From Horticoccus luteus (GTDB lineage Bacteria; Verrucomicrobiota; Verrucomicrobiia; Opitutales; Opitutaceae), in contig NZ_CP080507.1 in assembly GCF_019464535.1 (NCBI RefSeq), positions 2,190,001 to 2,222,000 on the forward strand: 32,000 nt of DNA, given 5' to 3'. Below the pieces are notes generated by a model that saw nothing but the letters and a program-made list of their open reading frames with translations, was not told where the DNA came from and did not search any database. Below are positions 23,654-32,000 of this stretch, piece by piece (position 1 is the stretch's first letter; each line of letters opens with the position of its first letter). Both the position numbers and the translations under genes were made by a program.

Positions 23654-24301
23654 TCAGCCCCAATACACATCCTTCGCCGTGCGCTGGAAATACGCTTCCT
23701 GCGTGGAAAATTTCTTGCGCACAGTGGCCGGAACGCCCGCCAAAAGCACACCGGCCTCGCAATACTTCGCGGCTACGACAGCACCCGCAGCCACCACTGA
23801 CTTATCGGGAACGATCGCCCCCCCGACGACTTTCGCTCCCGCGCAGACGAGAACGTAACTGCCGATCGAAATCGGCGCGACGCTTTGGACGCACCGGACG
23901 ACATCAATCCCATGTGTCCAAAACTGACTGCCTTTGCCTGCGACGGTGGTGAAGTCACCGATCCGGATCGGCGCCGCCACATCGAAATAATGCCCTCCAG
24001 TAATCGCCGAATCCGACCCAAGAGCAAATGAGGCCTTGGCTTGGGCCGGATGGGTGCCGTGCGCAAAATAGTTGAACGAACCGATCGACGAGCGCGGCCC
24101 CATTTCGAAGAGCGGAAGCTTTTTGATGACGTTAAAATTGCCCAGCCGCGAGCCGTCACCGATTTTCACCTGCCAGGCGAGAACGATTGAAAATCCCAGC
24201 TTAACGCCGCGACCAATCTGGAAACCGAACCCGCGGCGATAAATCACCTGTTTGATCGCATTCGGAAAAATCGCGAGCACGACGAGAAGGACGGTTCTCA
24301 T
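23654..24301 (-). CDS. Left-handed beta-helix (hexapeptide-repeat) acyl/acetyltransferase
   Basis: It carries imperfect hexapeptide repeats (IGDGSRLGNFNV..., IGSFNYF..., IGDFTTVAGKGSQF..., IGSYVLVCAGAKVVGGAIVPDKSVVAAGAVV). The start at 24301 forms an ATGA overlap. Confidence 0.8.
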   Translation of the reverse strand: MRTVLLVVLAIFPNAIKQVIYRRGFGFQIGRGVKLGFSIVLAWQVKIGDGSRLGNFNVIKKLPLFEMGPRSSIGSFNYFAHGTHPAQAKASFALGSDSAITGGHYFDVAAPIRIGDFTTVAGKGSQFWTHGIDVVRCVQSVAPISIGSYVLVCAGAKVVGGAIVPDKSVVAAGAVVAAKYCEAGVLLAGVPATVRKKFSTQEAYFQRTAKDVYWG

Positions 24302-25116
24302 TGTTTTGTCTCCGGTTTGAAGCGTGTGTTGACGCGGCGATACAACCGCGTCGCCGGTGCGGCAAAACGGCTCGAGAGCACAAAACTGCGGAGGTAGATG
24401 CGGCAGATCTTCCATGCCAGCAAACAACGCGTCCTGAGCTTGCTTGCGCCATGCGCTTCGGCGATCTGCGCCACCTCCCGCATGGTTCGACCCAAATTCC
24501 GATACGACGCACCGCCCGGCCGCACGGCCGCGAGTTCTGCATCCAGATAGCGGAAAGACGCGCCGCACAGATGAAACCGCAGGGTCAACTCGTAGTCCAT
24601 CGCCAGGCGCCACCGCTTGTCGTAGGCTCCAAATCTGCGATACGCGTCGGCGCTAACCACCATCGCAGCATGCTTCAGCGGCTGCCGGCCCCAAATCGCG
24701 CCCATCGTGCGATCCGGGCGGATAACCGCGTTGCCGTTTACCGCATCAAGGAAAAGAACATTGCCATAGATGACATCACAGGCTCCGCGCTTGCCCCAAT
24801 CAGCGACAATCCTGGCCAACGCATCCGGCAGGAGCAGGTCATCCGAAGCGACGATGAGGATCACGTCACCGCAACACCGCGCGATGCCTTTGTTAAAGGC
24901 GTCAGAGATTCCGTCGTCTCGCTCGCTCACCAACTGCGCGACGCGATCGCGATAGCGATCCAGAATCGCCAAAGTTCCATCCTGCGACCCCCCGTCAACG
25001 ACGACGTGCTCGAAATCGGCGCCTTGCTGAGCATGGATAGACTCCAAGCATTCAACCAGATGCCGTTCGGAATTGTAGGTGGGGGTTACGACGCTGATTT
25101 TCACCGATGTCCTCAT
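24298..25116 (-). CDS. GT2 glycosyltransferase
   Basis: ISVVTPTYNSERHLVECLESIHAQQGADFEHVVVDGGSQDGT, together with the DD motif (IVASDDLL), identifies the family. The start is trimmed to the ATG at 25116. Confidence 0.85.
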   Translation of the reverse strand: MRTSVKISVVTPTYNSERHLVECLESIHAQQGADFEHVVVDGGSQDGTLAILDRYRDRVAQLVSERDDGISDAFNKGIARCCGDVILIVASDDLLLPDALARIVADWGKRGACDVIYGNVLFLDAVNGNAVIRPDRTMGAIWGRQPLKHAAMVVSADAYRRFGAYDKRWRLAMDYELTLRFHLCGASFRYLDAELAAVRPGGASYRNLGRTMREVAQIAEAHGASKLRTRCLLAWKICRIYLRSFVLSSRFAAPATRLYRRVNTRFKPETKQ

Positions 25117-25560
25117 TTCAGTCGCAGCGCGCTTCGCATATCCAAGGGCCGGCACGAAGGGACGCACAGGCGGCAATTGACGGCGATTGGTGAAACACAA
25201 TCCCCACCCTTCGCGGGCCATTTCCTGCGCCTGCGTTCTCGAGAGCTGTGTGGATAATTGCCGGAAAACTGCGAGCGGAGCAGCATCGTAATGCCAGTAG
25301 GGGATGGCCGACTACAGTGGCCGGCTGAAGAAGTCGTAATCGGAACTGAGCTGGTAGCGTGCGTTAAAGCCTTCGAGCGAATCGAACACCCTTCGCGAAA
25401 ATAGAGCACCTTGCTGCGGCACCGCGGACCAACGCGGCAATTACCGCTTCGTCAAACACGACGCAACCCAAGACGAGGAACTTGTCGTCTCGGTTGAGAG
25501 TGCCGCGATCAATCAGCCTGCTCAGCACCCGAAACAGCGAAGACTACCCTACATCCTCGT
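25117..25560 (-). pseudogene. Degraded GT2 glycosyltransferase C-terminal remnant
   Basis: My hand translation of the minus strand gives ...GALFSRRVFDSLEGFNARYQLSSDYDFFSRPL*SAIPYWHYDAAPLAVFRQLS... This parallels VSADAYRRFGAYDKRWRLAMDYELTLR...FRYLDAELAAVRPGG of the intact GT2 downstream. It has an internal TAG, at least one frameshift, and no N-terminal half. Confidence 0.5.
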
Positions 25561-25590
25561 TATTATCATCGCTTCGAACTGGAGCACGTG

Positions 25591-26907
25591 TCATTGGGCG
25601 AGATCCATCTTATGCTTCGCAAATGCGATATACATGCTCGACGCGAACAGATACATCGCACCGCTTGAGTAGATCGAGCCCGACATGAACAGCGGAACGA
25701 CCATCGCAATGAGCACGGCGTAGAGCGCCCAAATGACGGAGTGCTCCTCAACCCGGACGCGTTTGAGCATGTGCCGGATCGAAAACAGGAAAATCACGAA
25801 CCCAACCCCGCCCCAAACGGCGCCATGCTCCGCCCAAATATCTTGGAAGAAGCCGTGCGCGCCAGAGAGGTCCGCCACGAGGTCCTCCTCTCCCGTCTGG
25901 CTCGGTGTCATGACCACGTCGCCAAACCGGCGGAAACCTTCGCCGACGAACGGCTTTGCCAAGCCAGCGTCTAAGGCGCGTGACCAAATCGCGCCGCGCG
26001 AGACCGCCAATTCGCGGGACAGGTCCTCACCCGAAAACCGCTCACCGACCTCGGCCGATTGGAAGATGCCGTAAGCGAAATAGCCGATGACTGACGCAGC
26101 GACCGCGAAAACGGCAAAGCGCAGAAGTCCTCGCGTGCGAAACAGCGAGTAGGAACACATCAAAGTGGCAATGATCGTCCCGATGATAAATTGCCGCGTG
26201 CCGTTCAAAAGCAAAAGGAGGAAAAAGGTGCCGCAAAGCACGGTAAGTGATACCACCCAGACCCGGCGCAAGCCCCCGCCCGTGAGAAGCGCCAGCGAGC
26301 CGACCGCACCCATGAAAAAGAAGCGCCCGCCGCCAATTGTATCCATGTTGTAGATGGTTAACCGATCGATGCCGAATACCGCAGAGAGCAAGCGTCCCTC
26401 CATGATCATCCCAGGGACCGTGGGAAGCACGAAGGCAAGCGCGAAGGCCACCATGCCGATCATGATGCCTGACGCGAACCGCCAAGGGTCCGTCCCGACG
26501 GCGGCAATGAAAAAGACGATCCACGGGAGAAAGATCGTCTGCGCCGCGATTTTCAGTGCGCTGACTCGGAAATCATCCAGACCGAAATAGAGCAGATCGA
26601 ACGCGACCTTGATCCACACCAGGACGATGAACCAGAGGAAGAAACTGTATTTCGATGTCAGGAACTGGAAGAGCCGTTCCGTGCCTTTGGTCTTCAGCAC
26701 TTGGAAGGTAAAGTATGCCGCAGACGCGAGCTGCAAGAAGAACACGATCCGTGCGTAATTGAATCCGCCAAAGGTCGTCCACGCGATGCCATAGGTCGTG
26801 AAGCCGATGAACACGATGCCGGTGGGGAATTTCCACAGCAGCCAGAAATAGACCGCGAAGCACAGGATGGCCGCAATTGGCGCAAAGCTAAAATCAAGAG
26901 TGTTCAT
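25591..26907 (-). CDS. Wzy-like O-antigen polymerase/ligase-family polytopic membrane protein
   Basis: ORF trimmed to the ATG at 26907 (MNTLDFSFAPIAAIL...). It has about 10 or more hydrophobic helices, a late loop with ...GAHGFFQDIWAEHGAVWGGVGFVIF (Wzy_C-like), and a polysaccharide-locus context. Confidence 0.65.
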   Translation of the reverse strand: MNTLDFSFAPIAAILCFAVYFWLLWKFPTGIVFIGFTTYGIAWTTFGGFNYARIVFFLQLASAAYFTFQVLKTKGTERLFQFLTSKYSFFLWFIVLVWIKVAFDLLYFGLDDFRVSALKIAAQTIFLPWIVFFIAAVGTDPWRFASGIMIGMVAFALAFVLPTVPGMIMEGRLLSAVFGIDRLTIYNMDTIGGGRFFFMGAVGSLALLTGGGLRRVWVVSLTVLCGTFFLLLLLNGTRQFIIGTIIATLMCSYSLFRTRGLLRFAVFAVAASVIGYFAYGIFQSAEVGERFSGEDLSRELAVSRGAIWSRALDAGLAKPFVGEGFRRFGDVVMTPSQTGEEDLVADLSGAHGFFQDIWAEHGAVWGGVGFVIFLFSIRHMLKRVRVEEHSVIWALYAVLIAMVVPLFMSGSIYSSGAMYLFASSMYIAFAKHKMDLAQ

Positions 26908-28171
26908 TCTTGGAAAGAGGCTGGGACTCGAAACCCAGCAATTCGCGGTAGAGTTCCGTGTAGCGTTTAACTTGAAGGGCAGGATGGTAGTCGCGTTCGG
27001 CTTTGGCGCGAGCATTCCGTCCCAAGCTAACGCGCAAGACATCGTCCCGTAGCAGACGACGAATGGCAGATGCCAAACCCGCCGAGTCCCGAGGCTCGAC
27101 AAGCAGTCCGTGTCGCTCTTGCTCGATCGCATCAGGAATGCCGCCGACGCGGAAAGCCACCACCGGCGTTCCGCACATCGCCGCTTCGAGGACCGTGTTC
27201 GGCAGGTTGTCTTCCAGCGAGGGCGCGACAAAAATATCTGCGGCCGCATAAGCCAGCGCCGTCGTCAATTCATCCCGCAGCTGGCCCAACACATGGATGC
27301 GGATGCCGCTGGCTGCCAGGGAAGAGGATTGCAAGTGCCCGCCGAATACCACCAGCCCAACGTCCGTTCCTTCCCTTAGTTCGCCTAACGCCGATTCCAA
27401 GTAGGCAAAGCCTTTGCGAGGATCGGCAACGCCAGCCGCACCAAATAGCACGAGTTTCGCATCCGGCGGGAGTCCGAGCATTTCGCGCGCGACCGGCTTT
27501 GGCCATGGACGAAACGTCTCCGGATTGAGCCCGTAAGGAATCACCTCCACCCGGCGGCCGGGGTGAATCGAACTCCGACGCGCACAGCTCGCCAGCCACT
27601 GACTGGGAGACACCAAGGTGAGATTCAATCCCTGCCATGCTTCTCGCTTTCGCTGCACCCCTTTTCGGGAAAGATCGCTTTGCGCCGTGGAGGCGAGCAC
27701 CGGGCATTGACCGCACGCAGCGGTGTAACGGCCGCAGCCGCCGTCGTAGTAGCAACCGCCGGTCAGCGCCCACATGTCATGCAGCGTCCAAACAATTGGG
27801 CAGCGAATGCCAGTCAGCGTCTCCGGGCGAAGGAAGGAATGTCCCACCCAGTGCACATGCAGAAGGTCCGGGGCAAAGGCATCGATGCGACGGCGCAACC
27901 CGTCGGGGAGCCGCGCCGGCATGAAATTGGACGTCTGTGCGCGCGGATAGGACTTCCGAACCAGCAAGCTTTCCAACGGCATCCGCAAGTGCGTAGCCAG
28001 TTTACCCCAATCACTCTCTGGTTTGCGCACTTGCGGGTCACAGCCAGCCTTATACTGCACCAGCATCTCCGCCTCGATGCCAGGCTCCGCCACCATGTGG
28101 CGGAAGAGTCGGTGGGCGGCGATAGCGGCTCCGCCAGAGATATCGGCGGTGCTGAGAAAAAGAATTTTCAT
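26894..28171 (-). CDS. GT4 glycosyltransferase
   Basis: MKILFLSTADISGGAAIAAHRLFRHM is the N-terminus, and the C-terminal GT1 domain carries ...FVAPSLEDNLPNTVLEAAMCGTPVVAF. Confidence 0.85.
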   Translation of the reverse strand: MKILFLSTADISGGAAIAAHRLFRHMVAEPGIEAEMLVQYKAGCDPQVRKPESDWGKLATHLRMPLESLLVRKSYPRAQTSNFMPARLPDGLRRRIDAFAPDLLHVHWVGHSFLRPETLTGIRCPIVWTLHDMWALTGGCYYDGGCGRYTAACGQCPVLASTAQSDLSRKGVQRKREAWQGLNLTLVSPSQWLASCARRSSIHPGRRVEVIPYGLNPETFRPWPKPVAREMLGLPPDAKLVLFGAAGVADPRKGFAYLESALGELREGTDVGLVVFGGHLQSSSLAASGIRIHVLGQLRDELTTALAYAAADIFVAPSLEDNLPNTVLEAAMCGTPVVAFRVGGIPDAIEQERHGLLVEPRDSAGLASAIRRLLRDDVLRVSLGRNARAKAERDYHPALQVKRYTELYRELLGFESQPLSKNEHS

Positions 28172-28188
28172 GCTCCGAAAAGTGAGGA

Positions 28189-29346
28189 CTAGAGGCGAGC
28201 CTCCAGCACTGCCGCCAACTCACGCAGGCGGGTGGCGTAATTGTGATTTTCCAAGGTGCGCCGCTGCCCTTTGCGAGCGATCTCGGCCCGTTCTGAATCA
28301 TGCTCAAGCAGGTAGTGGATTTTCTCCACCGCCTCCTCCGGGTGGCGGAACACTACAACTTCGCGATCGGGTTCAAACAACTCCCCAATGTTCTCTTTCC
28401 AATCGGTCAGCAGACAGGCTCCCGCTCCCGTCGCTTCGAACAACCGGATGTTGGCCGCCTGATTGCCCGCAGCGGCGATATGCACGTTTAACGTGATCCT
28501 GGAGGCTGCTAAGCGGGAAAACATCTCCATGCCAAAAACCTCCCCGCGGTTGCCCGCTCTCAAGCGACGCGCCGCGATCGCCGCCGAGGGAAAATCCCAA
28601 AATCCTCGCCAATCTCGGCGACGCGCAAAAGAGCCCCAGAGACGCAGAGCTTCCGCATCGGTCGGCAGCCCACTGACCCAACGTTCCAACGGAAACGCTT
28701 CGGCGATGTATGCCAGCGTGCGCGCACGCTCCTGGTGTCCGATCCGGACCTGAAGCCCTCCGACAAAGCTCACGCCGGATGGCGTTACATCCCTCCTGAT
28801 TCGTGTGAGCACACTCGGATCAAAACCGAACATCATCCAGTGGGACTCCACTCCTTGGGCGCGGTAAAAGTCCGCCGAGCTGCGCAGGCAGGTGATGACC
28901 ATGTCCGTCTCCGTGAAGACCTCAGGCGTGTGCCGGCCAATCCCGTCGTAGCTTATCACGTAAAGCGGGCCACCCGCCAAGCCACGGCAGGCCCGGCGCA
29001 GCGTGGGGTTGATTTCCTGCGCGTGCGCGTAGAACACCCGTGGTGCCACGGCACGGAACTGCGCGAGAAAAATGTCGGCCAGCCAGTGCGTCTCGCGATA
29101 CTCGACCCCATTCTCCTGAGCCCAGCGCTTTTGCAGAGGCTCGGCGTTCACCACCAGCTCGGTGACGGCGAACTGCGCTTGAGCTCCGCCGAGATGACGG
29201 CTCCACGAATCCGACAGGGCAAAACTGTCAGCCATCAGCGCAGCGTGCTGCTCCGCGTAGCTGGCCTCCCGCAGGTGGGGGTTGCGCGCATAGAACCACG
29301 CGAGGTAGCGCGGATAGTAGGAGCTGGCCTTGAGCAGTTTGATCAC
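28189..29346 (-). CDS. CgeB-like glycosyltransferase (Glyco_trans_1_2 type)
   Basis: The C-terminal NVHIAAAGNQAANIRLFEATGAGACLLTDWKENIGELFEPDREVVVFRHPEEAVEKIHYLLEHDSERAEIARKGQRRTLENH is CgeB-family-like. The start is uncertain: I chose the GTG at 29346 (VIKLLKASSYY), 10 nt after the upstream stop. The ATG at 29493 would overlap the upstream gene by 137 bp. Confidence 0.65.
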   Translation of the reverse strand: MIKLLKASSYYPRYLAWFYARNPHLREASYAEQHAALMADSFALSDSWSRHLGGAQAQFAVTELVVNAEPLQKRWAQENGVEYRETHWLADIFLAQFRAVAPRVFYAHAQEINPTLRRACRGLAGGPLYVISYDGIGRHTPEVFTETDMVITCLRSSADFYRAQGVESHWMMFGFDPSVLTRIRRDVTPSGVSFVGGLQVRIGHQERARTLAYIAEAFPLERWVSGLPTDAEALRLWGSFARRRDWRGFWDFPSAAIAARRLRAGNRGEVFGMEMFSRLAASRITLNVHIAAAGNQAANIRLFEATGAGACLLTDWKENIGELFEPDREVVVFRHPEEAVEKIHYLLEHDSERAEIARKGQRRTLENHNYATRLRELAAVLEARL

Positions 29347-29356
29347 GATTACGGAC

Positions 29357-30067
29357 TCAGCGACGGATGAAGCCGTAGTTGTTACGATCCACCGAGTAGA
29401 TTTCGTAGCCACGAGCGAGGATGCGGCGAATCGCGGCGCGCACCCGCACCCAGTTCTTCGTCGAAGAAAGTGGCGTGAGTTCATCGAACTCAACCAGTAG
29501 AATCTGCGGGGAACCGGCCGCGATCACACTGTCCAGCACCTGCATTTCCGCACCCTCGATATCCATTTTGATCAGCTGCGGAGCCGCTCCCCCAAGCTCT
29601 TCCGTTAGGGTGGCCAATGTCTTGCAGTCGGCTGAAAACCCGACTCGGTCGGATTGAAGCGACACCAAGGAATGGGAAACATGGTCTTTCTCCGCCGGTG
29701 CAAAAAATTGCATGGTGCGGTTTTCCGTCCAGATCCCAATGGTGTGGAAGCTGACGGCGTTTCGCTCTGCGGAAGGCAACGACGCATGATGCGCAATGGC
29801 TCGGGGTGTCGGGTCAAAGGTATGCACTATGCACCTGCGGCTCCGATGCAAAGCCACATCGAATGATATATCCTCTCCTGCCCCGAAGCAGAAGCAAACG
29901 TCGCCTTGACCCGGGAATTCACGCGGGACAGTCCAGCCACAGTCCGCCGAACCAAGCCGCTGGGTGGGAATGCCACGGACACGCTCGCGTGCAATCAGAT
30001 CGTAGGCGAGAAATCTCCGACAGAAGAGGAGGGCGCGAATCACAAAGGCCGCTTTGAGTTTGCTCAT
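29357..30067 (-). CDS. FkbM-family methyltransferase
   Basis: ...HTFDPTPRAI... and LIKMDIEGAEMQVL match the FkbM signature. The start forms an ATGA overlap with the upstream stop. Confidence 0.85.
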   Translation of the reverse strand: MSKLKAAFVIRALLFCRRFLAYDLIARERVRGIPTQRLGSADCGWTVPREFPGQGDVCFCFGAGEDISFDVALHRSRRCIVHTFDPTPRAIAHHASLPSAERNAVSFHTIGIWTENRTMQFFAPAEKDHVSHSLVSLQSDRVGFSADCKTLATLTEELGGAAPQLIKMDIEGAEMQVLDSVIAAGSPQILLVEFDELTPLSSTKNWVRVRAAIRRILARGYEIYSVDRNNYGFIRR

Positions 30068-31299
30068 GGTTTGGCTTTCGCGGGGTTGGCCGCAGGACCT
30101 GTCCTGAATGGAGTCAGGATTTTCCGAATGGCGGCAGTGAAGCGCGGCAGATTATTGAAGAGCCAGTTTTGGTTCGGATAATCGCCGTAGGTCTTCGCGG
30201 GTGCCTGCATGATCGCGTTGTACTCGGCCTGCCCGAGTCCGAGTTTCTTCATGAAGAACTGGCGGTCCTGCTCGACCAACTCGGCCGGGCACGGCGGCTG
30301 TTCCAGCTCGCGCATCGCACTCGCACGATCCAGTTGCCCGGACCAGATGAGGCCGGAGAGATGGAGACGGCGCTTATCGAGGCCGAACTTGCGCGGCAGG
30401 ATGCAGCTCTGATGGAAGCGGGTGATGACGGATTCGAAATGCTTGCCCCCGTAGCGCCGCCAACCGATCCGCTGCTCGAGTTCCACGATCGCCGCCTTCT
30501 TGTCGTAGGGCATCAGGTTGAGCGGGTCGCAGCGCTTAAGGTGCTTTCGTTCCATCCAGATGCGCTCGAACAGTCCCATAGCGGGGAAGGTCTTGAGCGG
30601 CACGGTGCCGAAGCGGCGGTGCAGGGCGCGCAGGTGATGCAGGTCGGCATAGCGATACCCATAGCTGAAATGCTCCTTCGTCTTGGGGCCCACCGGGCAG
30701 CAGGCTTCGGTCGCATTGTTCACGCCGCTGAGCAGCCAGCCGATGCGGTGCTGGCGGGCGGTGCGGTAGATACAGGCGAAGATGCCGTGGTCGCTCGGCG
30801 CCTCGACGTTGGCCACGCCAGCCTTGAGGAACGAGAGCTGCAGGTCGCGGAACTCCGGCCAGTCCACGACGTAGGTGAAGAGGTCGAAGCCGAGTTTCTC
30901 GCATATGGACTGGATGTTGTGGTTGGCCAGCTCGGTGTTCCAGCCGTTGTCGAACTGCACCACGAGCGGGCGCACTCCCCAATCCTTGCACTTCAAGGCC
31001 AGGTAGCTGCTATCCACGCCGCCGCTCAGTCCCAGCACGCAGTCGTAGTCGCGCCCGCGACCGTCGGCCTTCATCTGCGCGATCATCGCCTCTAGCTTGT
31101 GCGCGCAGACCTCGGGCGTCTGCTGCCGCGCGGTGACGTTCAGGTCGAAGCCGCGGCAGAAGTTGCAAACGCCGTCGTGATCGAAATCGATCTCGACCAT
31201 CGTCGTGTCCATCACGCAACGGGTGCAAACGCGGTAGCCGCGCTTACCGGGCATGATCTGGCCCTCGAGGGCGGGAGTGGTGCGAATCCAGTCAGCCAT
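30064..31299 (-). CDS. N-acetyl sugar amidotransferase (WbpG/WbuX/PseA-like, PP-loop)
   Basis: The Cys cluster CTRCVMDTTMVEIDFDHDGVCNFCRGF is followed by the PP-loop DCVLGLSGGVDSSYLA. The start is the ATG at 31299 (8-bp overlap with upstream); an alternative ATG is at 31254. Confidence 0.85.
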   Translation of the reverse strand: MADWIRTTPALEGQIMPGKRGYRVCTRCVMDTTMVEIDFDHDGVCNFCRGFDLNVTARQQTPEVCAHKLEAMIAQMKADGRGRDYDCVLGLSGGVDSSYLALKCKDWGVRPLVVQFDNGWNTELANHNIQSICEKLGFDLFTYVVDWPEFRDLQLSFLKAGVANVEAPSDHGIFACIYRTARQHRIGWLLSGVNNATEACCPVGPKTKEHFSYGYRYADLHHLRALHRRFGTVPLKTFPAMGLFERIWMERKHLKRCDPLNLMPYDKKAAIVELEQRIGWRRYGGKHFESVITRFHQSCILPRKFGLDKRRLHLSGLIWSGQLDRASAMRELEQPPCPAELVEQDRQFFMKKLGLGQAEYNAIMQAPAKTYGDYPNQNWLFNNLPRFTAAIRKILTPFRTGPAANPAKAKP

Positions 31300-32000
31300 G
31301 GGCAAAGGTGCGGCGAATCTCTTCGATACGGGGATAGGTGATGAGCACGGCGCGATGTTTGCCGTGGAAAACGAAGAAGCTGCCCGCCGCGGCGGCATGA
31401 GCACCGGCGCGCACCGCCGCCGCCATATGCGTGAGATTCCCTGCGCCCCCCAAGGCGACCACCGGCACGTTCACGGCCGCGGTGACCTTCGCGATGAGCT
31501 CGAGGTCATAGCCGCCCTGCGTGCCGTCGCCATCGACCGATTGCAGCACAATCTCCCCTGCCCCCTGGGATTCCGCCTGCTGGGCGAACTCCACGGGGTC
31601 GAGGCCGGTATCGATTGTGCCACCGGAAACGCAGACGCGTGGGCGGCCGAGCCAGTTTTTCTTCACGTCGATGCAGGCGACGATGCTTTGGCTGCCCGCA
31701 ATGTCCGCTGCTTGGGACACAAGGTCCGGATGCGAGTGAAGCGCGGTGTTCAGGAGCACCTTCTCCACCCCGCACCGGAAAAGAGTGCGGATCTGGTCGA
31801 GCGTGGTCACGCCGCCGCCGTAACCCAACGGCATGAAGCACTCGCCGGCGAGCTCGGCCACGCGCTCGAAATTCGGACCGCGACGATGCTTCCAAGCGTC
31901 GATGTCCACAATCACCACTTCGTCGACCTCCTTCTCGTTGAAGACACGCAGCGCATTGATCGGGTCGCCCACATAGCGGCGATCCTTGAAGCGGGTGGAC
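31292..32000 (-). CDS. HisF-like imidazole-glycerol-phosphate-synthase cyclase subunit paralog (WbuZ-type), 5-prime partial
   Basis: GDPINALRVFNEKEVDEVVIVDIDA..., GGGVTTLDQI and ALGGAGNLTHM are HisF motifs. The frame stays open upstream of the track's GTG (…STRFKDRRYVGDP) to the window edge, so the N-terminus lies outside the window. Confidence 0.85.
   Translation of the reverse strand, partial: STRFKDRRYVGDPINALRVFNEKEVDEVVIVDIDAWKHRRGPNFERVAELAGECFMPLGYGGGVTTLDQIRTLFRCGVEKVLLNTALHSHPDLVSQAADIAGSQSIVACIDVKKNWLGRPRVCVSGGTIDTGLDPVEFAQQAESQGAGEIVLQSVDGDGTQGGYDLELIAKVTAAVNVPVVALGGAGNLTHMAAAVRAGAHAAAAGSFFVFHGKHRAVLITYPRIEEIRRTFAHG

Noticed and set aside
23654-24613. Long N-terminal extensions in the ORF track
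   Set aside because: The affected ORFs are 23654..24613, 25591..27249, 21833..23113, 22999..23751, 24298..25221, 30064..31404, 868..2181, 3024..4157 and 69..1118. These extensions overlap the upstream gene by tens to hundreds of bases. Internal ATG/GTG codons give family-typical N-termini and ATGA-type coupling, so I trimmed the starts accordingly.

Overview
Visibly GC-rich bacterial chromosomal window (GC not computed). All product calls come from my own motif recognition in the supplied translations; no database search was run. Most of the window is a surface-polysaccharide (EPS / O-antigen-like) biosynthesis region with PEP-CTERM/exosortase-type accessories. Layout: a divergent MoxR ATPase and CE7 acetyl-xylan esterase pair (69-2181); an ExeA/GspA-like ATPase with a GspB-like partner (2393-4157); a loosely packed, repeat-riddled block (4.1-17.4 kb) holding an O-antigen-ligase-like protein, a WcaI-like GT4, a CapD/PglF-like dehydratase, a PglC/WbaP-type sugar transferase, a four-helix-bundle (23S IVS family) protein, a DegT aminotransferase, a VapBC pair, EpsI and a HAD hydrolase; then a tightly packed minus-strand operon (17.4-32 kb) with repeated ATGA/GTGA start-stop overlaps. 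That operon encodes HisF-like WbuZ (partial), WbuX amidotransferase, FkbM methyltransferase, a CgeB-like GT, a GT4, a Wzy-like polymerase, a GT2 remnant, a GT2, an LbH acyltransferase, a dTMP-kinase-like P-loop protein, an APH-like kinase, two GT4s, a PF14907-like nucleotidyltransferase and an ATP-grasp enzyme. I noticed no rRNA, tRNA, CRISPR, transposase or integrase. The most unusual signal is not a gene but a repeat system. It has 7-bp phased tracts of two compositional types: AT-type NNTAACG and C-rich CCGYCNT, the latter always C-rich on the + strand. It also has about 10-bp phased modules ending in GGTTAAAA or CTGTAAAAT. These repeats fill nearly every spacer in the 2-17 kb half and form composite elements of about 200/285 bp and 170 bp. 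They bracket small cassettes, supply C-terminal tails and stop codons to several genes, and sit in frame inside two otherwise normal enzymes (DegT aminotransferase, WcaI-like GT). Every exact duplication inside a CDS is divisible by 3. Whether this is a functional system (variation, regulation, recombination scaffold) or tolerated slippage debris cannot be decided from one window.
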